NCBI RefSeq assembly: GCF_963921235.1
Contig: NC_086097.1
Coordinates: 233,060,001 to 233,124,000 of the forward strand
Length of the DNA: 64,000 nt
Direction: 5' to 3'
DNA from: Mobula hypostoma
Lineage: Eukaryota
Below are positions 26,671-39,813 of the stretch, one piece after another. Below the pieces are notes generated by a model that did no database searches, was not told the origin of the DNA, and was given only the letters and a program-made list of their open reading frames with translations. The position numbers and the translations under genes are program-made. Within the stretch, counting starts at the first letter, position 1. The number at the start of each line of letters is the position of its first letter.

Positions 26671-27000
26671 CTTGCAAGATCATGGATTTAAGGCATCCGT
26701 TAGTCTTGCAAGACCATGGATCTGCGCCTGGAAAGTCTTCACTCTCAAGGGCACGGGCCTGGGCAAGGTTGTATGGAAGACCAGCAGTTGTCCATGCTGC
26801 AAGTCTCCCCTCTCCACGACACCAATGTTGTCCAAGGGAAGGGCATTTGGACCCATACAGCTTGGCACCAGTGTGGTCGCAAAGCAATGTGTGATTAAGT
26901 GCCTTGCTCAAGGACACAACACGTTGCTCGGCTGGGGCTCGAACCCATGACCTTCAGGTCGCTAGTCAAATGCCTTTACCACTTGGCCACATGCCCATGA
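26671..27000 (-). mobile_element. tRNA-head/CORE-like SINE with RTE-type tail, inserted in a Rex1 3' fragment (~26400-27310)
   Basis: Minus strand A box tggccaagtgg, B box ggttcgagccc, gtgtccttgagcaaggcacttaa; TSD caacaggt at 26663-26670 and 27001-27008. Confidence 0.8.
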
Positions 27001-27454
27001 CAACAGGTAGAGAAGCCTGAAGTCCCACGCCAACAGGTTCAAGTACAGCTGCTTCCCTTCTACCGTTTGGTTCTTGAACCAACTGGTAGGACCCTAATCT
27101 CTAACAGTATGGCAACACTATGACCACTCTGCACTGAATTAGACCATTATTTTTTCCCATTCTAATTGAGTGTTTTCTTGTAAAAATTGTGGCTATTTTA
27201 TGTTTTTCATGTAAAAGTTACCTATCTGATGCTACGTGCCTGTGATGCTGCTGCAGGTAAGCATTTCATTGGACTTGTGTGCATGTGTACTTGTGCACGT
27301 GACAATAAACTTGAATTTTGCTTCATCTTTGAATTCTGAAAGTTGTTAGTGTTACTTGATTTGCTGGGGGGAAATCATGACCTTTCAGTGAACTCAGGAA
27401 ATATTGTTTGTGTAGTATGCTGGAGGCCAGCCTCTGTGAGAAGTGCTGGCTGGA

Positions 27455-28230
27455 GAGTTATCTCAATCTTATAGAATTTCTTGAGGAAATTATCAGGACA
27501 GTTGATGAAGGCAAGACACTGGATGTTGTCCACATAGACCTTAGCAAGGCATTTGAAAAGGTTCTGTATGGGAGGTTGGTTAAGAAGATTCAGCCATTTG
27601 ACATTCTGGATGAGGTAGTATTGAGTGCAGCAGTTGGGATATTATACTGAAGTTGTAGAAGATGATTGTGAGGCCTAATTTGGCATATTGTGTTGAGTTC
27701 TGGTCACCTATCTGAAGGAAAGATAACTATAAGATTGAAAGAGCGCAAAGAAAATTTACAAGGATGCTTTGAGGACTTGAGGGTGTGAGTAATGGTGAAA
27801 GGTTGAATAGGTTTGGACTTCTCTAGAGTGCAGGAGAATGAATGGAGATTTGATAGGGTTATACAATACACGATTATGAGGAGTGTGGATAGGATAAATG
27901 TAAACAGGCTTTTCCTCTCTGGCTTGGTAAGACTAGAACTAGAACTCATGGGTTACGGGTGGAAGATGAAATATTTAAAGGGAACATGGAGGGATCGTCT
28001 TCACTCAGAGGCTGGAGAGAGTGTGGAACGAGCTGCCACCGGAAGTGGTGGATTTGGGTTTGGGTTCAATTTGGACTTTAAGAGAAATTTGGATAGGAAC
28101 AAGGATGGAAGAGATATGAAATGTTATGGTCTGTGTGCAGGTCGATGGGTCCTGGCAGAATAATAGATCGGCACGGATTAGATGTGTCAACGAGCTTGTT
28201 TCTGTGCTGTAGTGTTCTATAGCTCTATGA
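27455..28230 (+). mobile_element. CR1 fragment with internal deletion
   Basis: NLIEFLEEI..DLSKAFEKV followed soon by ORF2 3' end DNA and tail. Confidence 0.75.
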
Positions 28231-28504
28231 CACTTTGAGAGATTCCTTATGCTCCCTTTTCTTTCTAGCTCTAAAAGTCAGCATTCTAATAACTTTCCTA
28301 CTTTACTTTTATCTGAATGCAATATTTTAATAAAACATATAAGACATAGGAGGAGAATTTGGCCATTTGGCCCAAAACGTCTGCTCTGCCTTTCGAACAT
28401 GGCTGATTTATTATCCCCTTCAACCCCATGTTCCTGCCTTCTCCCCATAAGCTTTGATGCTCTTATTGATCAAGAACATACCAATATCCTTTTTAAATAT
28501 ATCT

Positions 28505-28965
28505 AACTCTCAGCATGTAGGAGCAACACCTCATATTTTGTCTGGGTAGCCTCCAACCTGAAGGCGTGAGCATCGATTTCTTCAACTTCTGGTAATTTCT
28601 AGTCCCTTTCCCTTTTTCTCTTTTTCCATTCCCAATTCTGGCTCCTTCTTATCCCTCCTATTCTCCTCACCTGCCTATCACCTCTCCCTGGTGCCCCTCC
28701 TCCTTCCCTTTTTCCCATGATTCTCAGTCCTCTCCTATTTTTCTTCTTCAGTCCTTCATCTTTTCCACCTAACTCATCTTCTCACTTCCTCCTACCCCCT
28801 TCCCCACCCAACTACCTTCTCCACACCTGGCTTTACTTATCTCCCACTTCTTAATTTGGTTTCATCCCCCTTCCTTTCAAGTTCTGATGAAGGGTCTCAC
28901 TCCGAAACATCAGTTCTTTATTCCTTTCCATAGATGCTGTCTGACCTGCTGAGTTTTTCCAGCAT
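28505..28965 (+). mobile_element. Penelope-like 3' end (ORF end, pyrimidine-rich UTR, degenerate hammerhead)
   Basis: gagcaacacctcatattttgtctgggtagcctccaacctg...ctgatgaagggtctcactccgaaacatc. Confidence 0.75.
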
Positions 28966-29544
28966 TAATGAGTAAGGGATGTGGCCACCAGTGTCTTTGT
29001 GGAGTTCCACAGTTTTTCTAGCAGTTCACAATGTCAAAACTGCTCAGTTTCATTTCTTTTCAAAGTGAAGAACCTCACATTGCCAACATTAAAATCCAAT
29101 TGCTCCATTATTGTCACCACAGTCATTTAATGCTTTCGCATTTAAGATTTTTAACATTTGAACAGCTCACCATACCAAAGCCTATCCTTTTTGAAGTTAA
29201 GTTTACATGTTATTTTAAATATAAATAATCAGTGTCACTTTTTTAATATATGTATTTTAAAGCAGCAATACTGCTCTCCAGTGGTACCTTGGCAGAATTG
29301 CCTCGATTAATTATACTCAGAAACTGAGGGGTTGTGTAAAACGTTAAGATTGTGCAGGTGTGAAAAAACACAGAATCATAAATAAGCAGTGAAACGGGCT
29401 TTTCTGGCCTACCTCACCCAGACTATATGTGATGCCCATCTACACTAATCCCATTTGCTTGCATTAGGCCCATAATGCAGGTGAATGCTTTAATATGATT
29501 ATTTATCTCTGTCTACCTATCTACCTAGCTGTCCATTTATCTAT

Positions 29545-29826
29545 CTACATCTATATACAATGCGGAGTAGGTCCTTCCAGCCCTTCGAGCCACGCCGTCC
29601 GGCAATCCCCAAATTTAATACTAGCCTAATCATGGAACAATTTACAATGACCAATTAACCTGCCAACGGAAACGGCTTTGGAATGTTGGAGAAAACCAGA
29701 GCACCTGAAGGAAACCCATGTGGACTCAGAGAGAGTGTACGAACTCCTTACAGGCGGCAGTGGGAATTGAACTTGGGTCGCTGGGACTGTAAAGTGTTGT
29801 GCTCACAATTTCGCTACAGTGCCGCC
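29545..29826 (-). mobile_element. V-domain SINE
   Basis: Same head, V-domain and tail layout as 5862-6142; B-box-like agttcaattcc. Confidence 0.75.
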
Positions 29827-30552
29827 CCTATGTACTTGTTTCAGTACCGTTTAAGCATTTTAAATGTATCTGCTTCAACCAGCTCCCTCGTCTGCTTATT
29901 TCAAATAACCACCACTCTCTGTGTAGAAAACCTTTCCCCCTTCTCCTTTTAATTTCTCCCTGTTCGCCTTAACCCCTGCCCTAGGTAGAAGACTATGACA
30001 ATCTCTCTTATCGATGCCACTCATAAGACATAGGAGCAGAATTGGGCCATTCCTATCCATAGATGCTGCCTGACCTGTGGAGATACTCCAGCATGTTGTA
30101 TTTGTCTGAGGTCTATATTTATAAGGAGTGATGGGATGTACTGGATATATTCTCACTAGAACATCCATCAGACCTTCAATATAAACACAAGCGATTTTTG
30201 CAGGTGCTGGAAATTTTGAGCAAAACACTCAAGATGCTGGAGGCATTTTGTCTGTGTTTTACAATGACAGGAACGTTGCATTTTCCATTTTAGTTAACTG
30301 TTACTTTATTCCTCTCACCATTCTATCCCCATGACTCTCCTTCAGCCCATCTACTTTTGCTCCCTTTCCCAAATCCCCTTCAGCCCCCCATTGCTCAATT
30401 TCATCCCCATCCCCTTCGATTTCATCTACCCACTAACCACACATTTCATCTACTGGCTCTCCACTGTCTCCCCATTTTGTGATTCCTACTGACTTTCACA
30501 TCTCCCCCTAATGGTTCTGATTATCCCCTCTTATATTCCAGTACCGGTATCG

Positions 30553-31280
30553 TACCCCCGACCAGTGTCTGTCTCCATCGTAGCACCGACCTGTGTCTGT
30601 CTCCATCGTACCCCCGACCAGTGTCTGTCTCCATCGTAGCACCGACCAGTGACTGTCTCCATCGTACCCCCGACCGGTGACTGTCTCCATCGTACCCCCG
30701 ACCGGTGACTGTCTCCATCGTACCCCCGACCGGTGTCTGTCTCCATCGTACCCCCGACCGGTGTCTGTCGCCATCGTACCCCCGACCGGTGTCTGTCTCC
30801 ATCGTAGCACCGACCAGTGTCTGTCTCCATCGTACCCCCGACCGGTGTCTGTCTCCATCGTACCCCCGACCAGTGACTGTCTCCATCGTAGCACCGACCA
30901 GTGTCTGTCTCCATCGTAGCACCGACCAGTGACTGTCTCCATCGTACCCCCGACCGGTGTCTGTCGCCATCGTACCCCCGACCGGTGTCTGTCTCCATCG
31001 TAGCACCGACCAGTGTCTGTCTCCATCGTACCCCCGACCAGTGACTGTCTCCATCGTACCCCCGACCGGTGACTGTCTCCATCGTACCCCCGACCGGTGA
31101 CTGTCTCCATCGTACCCCCGACCGGTGACTGTCTCCATCGTACCCCCGACCGGTGTCTGTCTCCATCGTACCCCCGACCAGTGACTGTCTCCATCGTAGC
31201 ACCGACCAGTGTCTGTCTCCATCGTAGCACCGACCAGTGTCTGTCTCCATTGTACCCCCGACCAGTGTCTGTCTCCATCG
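30553..31280. repeat. 28-bp minisatellite, 26 units
   Basis: Unit ta(ccc/gca)ccgacc(g/a)gtg(t/a)ctgtc(t/g)ccatcg repeated without indels. Confidence 0.97.
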
Positions 31281-31544
31281 TGCCTGCCTCTCCTCTGTTT
31301 ATCATCTACCTGTCTTTGTCTCCAAACTCCTTCACTGCCTGATTGTTTCTACCTACCATATTTCAAACTCTCTCAGATGACCAATCACCTGTCAGAGTCT
31401 TGGAGCACTACAGCACAGATACAGGCAGTTCAGCCCATCTAGTCTGGGCCAAAATGTTATTCTGCTTATTTCCATCAATCCACACCTGAATCATAAACCT
31501 CTATATCCTTCCCATCCATGTACTCAACCTAACAATTCTTAATT

Positions 31545-33310
31545 AGACCATTAGACCATAAGACATAGGAACATAATTTGGCCATTCTGCCTATCAAGTC
31601 TGCTTGGCCATTCCATCATTGCTGATCCTGCATCCCACTCAACCCCATACACCTGCCTTCTCTCCATATCCTTTAATGCCCTGTCCGATAAGGAAACGAT
31701 CGACTTCTGCCTTAAATATATGCATGGTCTTGGCCTCCACTGCAGTCTGTAGCAGAACATTCCACAGATTTACTACTCTCTGGCTAAAAATTCTGTAGCC
31801 AGAATTGCCCCTCAATTTTGAGGCTGTACCCTCTAGTCCTGGATACCCCCACCATTGGAAACATCCTCTCCATTTCCATGCTATCCAATGCTTTCAACAT
31901 TGAGTAGGTTTCAATGAGATCCCGGGACATTCTTCTGAATTCCAGTGAGTATAGGCCCAAAGCTGCCAAACGTTCCTCATATGCTAACCCCTTCATTTCC
32001 AGAATTATCTTCGTGAACATCCTCTGGAGTCTTTCCAATGACAAGACATGCTTTCTGAGATATGGGTCCCAAAACTGTTGACAATACTCCAAGTGTGGTC
32101 TGACCAGTTTTTTTTTATAAAGGCTCAGCATTATCTCCTTGCTTTTATGTTCTATTCCCCTTGAAATAAATTCCGACATCACATTTGCCTTCTTTACCTC
32201 AGACTCAACCTTCTGGGAGTCTTGCATGAGGACTCATGAGTCCCTCTGCACCTCTGATGTTTGAACCTTCTCCCCATTTAGATAACAGTCTGCACTATTG
32301 TTGCTTTTTACCAAAAAGCATTATCATACATTTCCCTACACTGTATTCATCTGCTACTTTTTTTGCTCATTCTTCCAATTTGTCTATGTCCTGCTGCAAT
32401 CACATTGTTTCCTCAGCACTAACTACCCCTCCGTCTATCTTCGTATCATCTGCAAACTTTGCCGTAAAGGCATCAATTCCATTTTCCAAATCATTGACAA
32501 ACAGTATAAGAAGCAGCAGTCTGAAGCCTGACCCCTGAGGAACACCACTAGTCACTGGCAGTTAACCAGAAAAGGCCTCTTTTATTCCCTCTCACTGACT
32601 TCTGTTTGTCAGCTATTCCAGTCGTCCCCAACCACCGGGCTGCAGAACTGTACAGGGCCACAAAACATGCGCTACCAGGACACGAGGAAACAATATGATT
32701 TGGCGATGTGAAACGATATGAGTCAGCTGCACCTTTCCTCATTCTCTGTCACACACTGTTGAACTTGAAATACCTACCAAATCATACCAAATAACACACA
32801 AAACCTAAAAGAACACTAACGTATAGTAAAAGCAGGAATGATATGATAAATACACAGCCTATATAAAGTGGAAATAATGTATGTACGGTGTAGTTTCACT
32901 TAACAGAATTGGGAAGATTAAGCAAAAACCCATTTGTAGAAAAAAAATTGGCATGTACATACATGCACACGTCACGCGCGTGAACACAGGTGTCCGTGCA
33001 AGGCTTCATGGTCATGGTAGACTTTCTTGTGGTAAACACAAGTGTCCCGTATTTGACTGCTACTTTTGTCCCTTATTTGGGAGTGAGAAAGTTGGCAACC
33101 CTACTTGAACAACCCTCCACCCCACCCTGGTTGGCTGGTCCGCAAGAATATTGTCAATATTAAACTGGTCCGCGGTGCAAAAAAGGTTGAGGACCCCTGA
33201 GCTATTCCACTATCTGTATCTGTGTCTTTCCTGTAACGCCATAGGAATATATCTTGTTAGGCAGCCTCATGTGTGGCACCTTATCAAACGCCTTCTGAAA
33301 ATCCAAGTAA
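31545..33310 (-). mobile_element. CR1 RT-to-3' fragment interrupted by a hAT MITE
   Basis: ORF 31784-32227 LVRPHLEYCQQFW..SRTRGYSLKIEG; RT DNA resumes after 33207. Confidence 0.85.
32619..33199. mobile_element. hAT (Charlie-like) non-autonomous DNA transposon
   Basis: TIR cagtcgtccccaacc / ggttgaggacccctg; perfect 8-bp TSD agctattc at 32611-32618 and 33200-33207. Confidence 0.9.
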
Positions 33311-34959
33311 ATTGTTGCACTCTACTCTGCCACTTCCACTGGCAGCTTGTTTCACACTTACACTACCTTCCGAGTGAAGAAATTCCCCCTCAGGTTCCCC
33401 TTAAATGTGTCATTTTTTACCTTAACCTATGACCTCTAGTTCTAGTCTCACCCAATATCAGTGGAACAAGCCTGCTTGCATTTACCCTATCCATACTCCC
33501 TCATAATTTTGTACCCCTCTATCAAATTTCCTCTCATTTTCCTATGCTCCAGAACCTACCTGTGGTCTTTGTGACGCCACTCCCTCTCCCCTCTTTATAT
33601 TGGCTACCTACCTTCTCCACTCATAGTCTTGATTCAGTGTTTAGATCTGGAACATCAATTATTTCTTCAATCCCAACTGGCAAAGATGCTTCTTGACCCC
33701 CTGAGATCCTCCACTGGGTTGTTTATTGCTCCAGATTCCAGCATCTGCTGCCTCTTGAGTTTCCCTCGTAGCCAACTGGGCTGCAGGTTAAACAGTGCAA
33801 CTTCCTTCTGGTGATTGGCAGCAAATGCGAATCTGGCATAAAGACATAAAGACAGAAAATGCTTCACACACTCAGCAAGTCAGGCAACATCTGTGGAAAT
33901 AGAAAAATAGCTTATATTATATGCTGAGAACCCAATAAGAAGTCTTCAGCATGAATTCTGTTTCTCTTTCCACAGATGCTGCCAGACCTGCTGAGTTCTT
34001 CCATCGTTTTCTGATTTTTATTTCTAATTGTCAGGATATAAAAAGTCTCCTGAAAAAATGTGAGTTAGGGCTACATTTAGCCAAAGCACTCCAAAAGGTA
34101 AGAGTTAAAAAATCCATATATTCTAATTTGTAGATAGAAGTGATTTCAATGCTTTAAGGAAATAGACGATTTTTTAAAACAATAGTCTAGTCACTTCAAG
34201 ATTGTTGAGTCTTGGTGTTTTAAATTTCAGCTGCTTTGGTTATTTTATTACTTGAATTGAAATTTGCGAGTTGCAATTTGAACTCTTGCCTTTGTAGCGA
34301 TGGTTCAGACAGAGAGCTTGACAGAAAAGCATCAGCCCAGATTGAGGGGGGAGGTGGGGGTGGAAGCTGCTACAAACAGAATGCAGCAGGTGATGTCATT
34401 GTAGTTCTCGGCACAGTTTGGTTTAATGACTCCATGTGGGTTTTTCTCCTGCTGTATGGAGATACCAACTGACGGAAAGTAGGGCGGAGAAGTGGAAATG
34501 GGGTCCAGCATTTTGTTGGCTCAAAACTATAATTGCGATCACAGCTCAGCACATCATAGAAACCAGCCTCTCCTCCATCGATCTGTCGCTACTTCCTGTT
34601 TAAAACCGCCAGCATAATCAAAGACCCCTCCAGCTCCCGACGTTCTCTATTCTCCTTCCCCATCGGACAGAAGGTACAAAAACCTGATGACTCCCTCGTA
34701 CAATAGATGGACTCCTGGCGTCACCATCATTATGATGAACTTGAACCTTATTGTACCTTTGAATTTTGAATATTGAAATTTGTTTACCTGCACTGCACTT
34801 TCTCTGCAGCTGTTACACTTTATTCTGCATTGTTACTATTTGATCTTGTTCTATCTCAAAGCACTGTGTAATGATTTGATCTGTATAAACAGTATGCAGG
34901 ACAAACCCTTCATGGTACCTTAGTACAGGAGACAATAATAAACCAATTTCAGTAGCTAA

Positions 34960-35255
34960 GCACAAAAGATTCTGCAGAGGCTGGAAATCTTGAGCAATGT
35001 GCACAGAATACTGCAGGAATTCATCTGGTCAGGCTCCTTCCATTGAAAGGAATATACAGTTGACGTTTAGGGCCTCAGCTCTTCATCAAGGCTGGAAAGG
35101 AAAGTGGAGGAAGCCAGACGAAGGCAGGGGGAGTGGAAGGAGTGCGAGCTGGCATGTGATGGGGAGATCAGGTGGGGGGGTTGATAGGTAGGTGGGAGAG
35201 GGGGTGATGAAGGGAGAAGCTGGGAGGTGATGGGAGAAAGAGGTAAAGGCTGAAG
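34960..35255 (-). mobile_element. Penelope-like 3' terminal module and UTR
   Basis: Minus ccttgatgaagagctgaggccctaaacgtcaactg; a Rex1 tail follows at ~35280-35470. Confidence 0.65.
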
Positions 35256-36703
35256 AATGAGCAATTCCAATTCCAGTAATTAGATAGATAGATATACTTT
35301 ATTGATACCGAGGGAAATTGGGTTTCATTACAGCCGCACCAACCAAGAATAGAGCATAAATATAGCAATACAAAAACCACAAACAATCAAACAACAAAAT
35401 GCAATTATGCCAGATGGAAAATAAATCCAGGACCAGTCTGTTGGCTCAGGGTGTTTGACCCTCCAGGGCGTCTGGATCATTTGCTGCTGTACAATCAGGA
35501 TAGAAAGGGGTTGTGATGTTATTGCCACCTTTCCTCCTTCTCTACTTCCTCCACACCTGTTACCTTGCATCTCTGTTTGAGTGAAAGACTGGCAGACTTC
35601 ACATATTCTCCAGTCCTTTGGCAAACTCGATATTGCCTCAAATCACAGGAATATGTTGCATTGTTCCAGTTGCATCTTCTACAACAAGCCTGCAGGTCAT
35701 GAAGTTTTTCATGAATTTATTGTATTTATTTATTTTCTAGTAAATGCCTGCAAGAAAATGAATATCAAGGTAGAAATGTGACGATATTGGATTTGCTGAG
35801 CGTGAAGTTTTGAACTCAAAGACCTTAAATCCTCTCCGATATAGATAGCTATGGGTACACGCACTAAAGGGAGGCTGTACTGTAACTACCTACTCTTCAA
35901 AAACTAGTTCACTTCTCTGTTTATCCACCACGGCAAGTTTAGTTGCCAATACCCACTACTGGAGCAGTGTGTACCACCTACCTACCAAGGACAAAATACT
36001 GTCAGCTAACAAAGTAGTTTAAACACATTTCACTTATTTTAATGAAAAACATTTAAATCCAGACAGAATTCTTAAAGCACATTTAAACATCACAAAGGAT
36101 TTTCTATCTTAAAAAATCATTTCCTAATTACAAATAATTTCTAAAACACAAAAGATTTTCAAAATACAGGTAGAATTCCTATAACCTAAGAAGTCTTACA
36201 AACAATGCAAAAGAATGAATTGTCCATCACGTTAATGACCTTTACCATCCAGGACATGTCCTCTTCTCATTACCACCATCAAGGAAGAGGTGAAGAAGCC
36301 TGAAGACACAAATCACGAGCAGCATCTTGCCCTCTATCATTAGGTTCTTGAACGATCCATTTGTTCATGAACACTATATTATTATTCTTTATTTTTGCAC
36401 TATTTGTAATTTATAGTTGTTGTTTGTCTTTGTACTGTACTGCTGCCACAAAATAACAAATTTCACGTCATTTTAGTGATATTAAACTTGATTCTGATTA
36501 TATTCTCCTCCCTCTAGAGCTGAGTTTTAATTGGAATAAAGAAGAACAAAATCCATTGCCCTGAAGGTCCTGGATCCTGTCTCCACTGTCATGGAGTGTA
36601 AGAATCTGCCTGTTCAGTCTTCACTATGAATGTTTTTACCACAGTCCGGGGAATCTGAGGCCGACAAATTCAGCTGAGAATAAATCCTGCGCATCTGCTA
36701 GAT

Positions 36704-36720
36704 TGCCAGCAGGGGGAGAT
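36704..36720 (+). promoter_or_regulatory. Candidate CTCF site
   Basis: tgCCAGCAGGGGGAGat resembles the CTCF core CCASYAGRKGGCRS, in non-repeat sequence. Confidence 0.35.
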
Positions 36721-38107
36721 GTTTCTCCATGATAGTTCCAGTTTAAAAAGTTTAATAAGGATTAGTATGGCAGTTACAACACTCCCAAGTGTCAATACAA
36801 CGGAAGTTATTGAAAAAAATCCTCTATTATTGAACTATTTCTTATTCTGTTCTCTTCTGTGCAACTTTTGTCCCTGCTTCGTCTGACTGGAACTCACTTC
36901 AGAATCAGAATCTGGTTTGTTATCACGAGCATATATATGGCATAAAATTTGTTATTCTGTGACAGCTGTGCATTGCAAGATATGAAAAATCACTGTTACA
37001 AAAATAAATCAATAAATAATCAGGTAAGAGAGGAATTGTGAGGTAGTGTTCTGGATTCATGGAATGTTAGGGGAAGAAGATCTTCCTACAACACTGGTCT
37101 TCAGGCTCTCTGTAGCTCCTCCCTGATGGTAGTAAACCATTTGTGCACTAATAGCTTTTCTACAGAGAATATAAACACATTAAATTCAAGATACATCCAA
37201 GCAACATTTATTATTTATGAGGAAATACTTGCTTTTGTATTTTTTAGATTAAATAGCTTTGATCCAATTTTGTATAGGAAGAATAAGAAAGACGAACAAC
37301 ATAGGTCATTTGGCCCTTTTTGCTTGCTCAGCTTTCAATAAGATGTTGGATGATTTTTGTATCTCACTTTCTCACACTGACATCATGTCTTTGGTTCCCT
37401 TTGCATACAATTGTCTACAGACCCGTCTTAAATATACTAAGCAATAGATATACCCCACCCATCTTCAGTAGGGGATTAAAATGAGTCACTTCTTTGGGTG
37501 AAGAAATTTCTTCTCTCATTCCTGATTGGCTGATCACTTATGGGACTGTGACTAGTTCTAGACAACTGGGCCAGAGGAAACACCTTCCCTGCATCTGCAC
37601 TGCCAAGCCCTGTAAGGAGTTTGTGAGCTTCAATGAGATCTCCTCTCGTTTGTATAAAAAGTCAAAGTGTCAGAGGTCATATTGTCAAATGCATGTATTT
37701 GCACAGGTGCAATGAGAAGCTCACTGTTGGCAGCTTCAGAGGCAAATAACATCAGATAAACACACTTAACACAATAAAAAAAAACTTAAGCAGAAATTAT
37801 ATGTGAGTTCCACAAGAAAGAACAGAGAAATTGCAGCCCATTTTTTGTGCAAAGTGGTTTTGTGAAGCTTTGTGGTGGGCAGGTTATGCCTCACAAGCCT
37901 GAATGAATTCCATGAGGATGTCACAAAGGAAGAGCAGTCGATAAGGCATTTGAAAAAGTTGACCATGGTAGGCTCATTTAGAAAACCAGAAGTCATGAGA
38001 GCAAGGAAATTTGGCTGTGTGGATACAGAATCGTCAAGCCCATAGAAGGCAGAGGGTAGTAGTAGATGGAGTGTATTGTACCTGGAAGTCGGTGCCCAGA
38101 GGGATTT

Positions 38108-39112
38108 AGGAACAAAGAAACATAGAAAACCTACAGCACAATACAGGCCCTTCAGCCCACAATGCTGCGCTGAACATGTACTTACTTTAGAAATTACCTA
38201 GGGTTACCCATAGCCCTCTATTTTTCCAAGCTCCATGTACCTATCCAGGAGTCTCTTAAAAGACCCTACGTATCTGCCTCCACCACCGTCGCCGGCAGCC
38301 CATTCCATGCACTCACAACTCTGTATAAAAAAAAAATTACCCCAACATCTCCTCTGTACCCACTTCCAAGCACATTAAAACTGTGCCCTCTTGTGATAGC
38401 CATTTCAGCCCTGGGAAAAGCCTCTGACTATCCACATGATCAATGCCTCTCATCATCTTATATACCTTAATCATGTCACCCCTCCATCGCTCCGAGGAGA
38501 AAAGGGCAAGTTCACTCAACCTATTCTCATAAGGCATGCTCCCCAATCCTGGCAACATCCTTTTAAGTCTTCTCTGCACCCTTTCTATGGTTTCCATATC
38601 CTTCCTGTAGTGAGGTGACCAGAACTGAGCACAGTACTCCAACTAGGTTCTGACCAGGGGTCCTATATAGCTGCAACATTACCTCTCGGCTCCTAAATTC
38701 AATCCCATGGTTGATGAAGGCCAATGCACCGTATGCCTTCTTAACCACAGAGTCAACTTGCACAGCAGCTTTGAGCATCCTATAGACTCGGACCCCAAGA
38801 TCCCTCTGATCCTCCACACTGCCAAGAGTCTTACCATTAATGCTATATTCTGCCATCATATTCAACCTACCAAAATGAACCACATTACACTTATTTGGGT
38901 TGAACTCCATCTGCTACTTCTCAGTCCAGTTTTGCATCCTATCAATGTCCCGCTGTAACCCCTGACAGCCCTCCACACTATCCACAACACCCCCAACCTT
39001 TGTGTCATCAGCAAATTTACTATCCCATCCCTCCACTTCCTCATCCAGGTCCTTTATAAAAATCACGAAGAGTAGGGGACCCAGAACAGATCCCTGAGGC
39101 ACACCACTGATC
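38108..39112 (-). mobile_element. CR1 3' fragment
   Basis: [29 protein letters not shown]; tail ttctatgttttc. Confidence 0.88.
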
Positions 39113-39244
39113 TTACCATTAAAACTATGAATACTACTACTATTAATACCCACACTTTCTTAGGGATCAGTTTTGGGACTCCTTGCTCTTTGTGGATTTT
39201 ATAAATGCCTTGGCTGAGGAAGTGGAAGGGTGTGCAAGTTTGTA

Positions 39245-39530
39245 GGTGGCATGGTGGCGTAGTGTTAACACAACGCTTTACAGTACCAGTGACCCGGGAT
39301 CAATTCCCACAGTTGTCTGTAAAGAATTGTATGTTATCCCTGTGACTGTTTGAGTTTCCTCTGGGCGCTCTGGTTTCCTCCCACAGTCCAAAGATGCTCT
39401 GGTTGGTAGGTTAATTGGAAATCGTAAATTGTCCCATGATTAGGCTAGGGTTAAGTTGGGAATTGCTGGGCAGTGCAGCTCGAAGAGCTGGAAAGGCCTA
39501 TTCCACACTCTATCTCAATAAATAAAAATA
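39245..39530 (+). mobile_element. V-domain SINE
   Basis: tggcgtagtgtt head, gagtttcctctgggcgctctggtttcctcccaca, (aata)n tail. Confidence 0.8.
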
Positions 39531-39813
39531 AAGTTTGGCGGAGTTGTGCATAGTGTGGGGATTTGTTGTATATTGCAGCGGGACATTGAATGGATACAAA
39601 ACTGGGTTGAGACGTGGCAGGTGAAGTTCCATCCGAAAAAGTGAAAAATGTGGAGAAACAGAGGGATATTGGGGTCCACATCCATAGACTCCTCAAAGTT
39701 GCCAAGCAAATTGATAGGGTGGTTAAGGAGGTGTATGGTGTATTGGCTTTCATTAGTTAGGGAATTGAGTTCAAAGGCCACAAGGTAATGTTGTAGTTCT
39801 ATAAAATCCTGGT

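Noticed and set aside
26925..26996. tRNA gene
   Set aside because: A/B boxes belong to a SINE head that runs into the SINE body and is TSD-bounded; no terminator.
30508..31305. Three 233-265 aa repetitive ORFs; CRISPR-like appearance
   Set aside because: A 28-bp unit without minus-strand stops opens all frames; there are no unique spacers and no cas genes.
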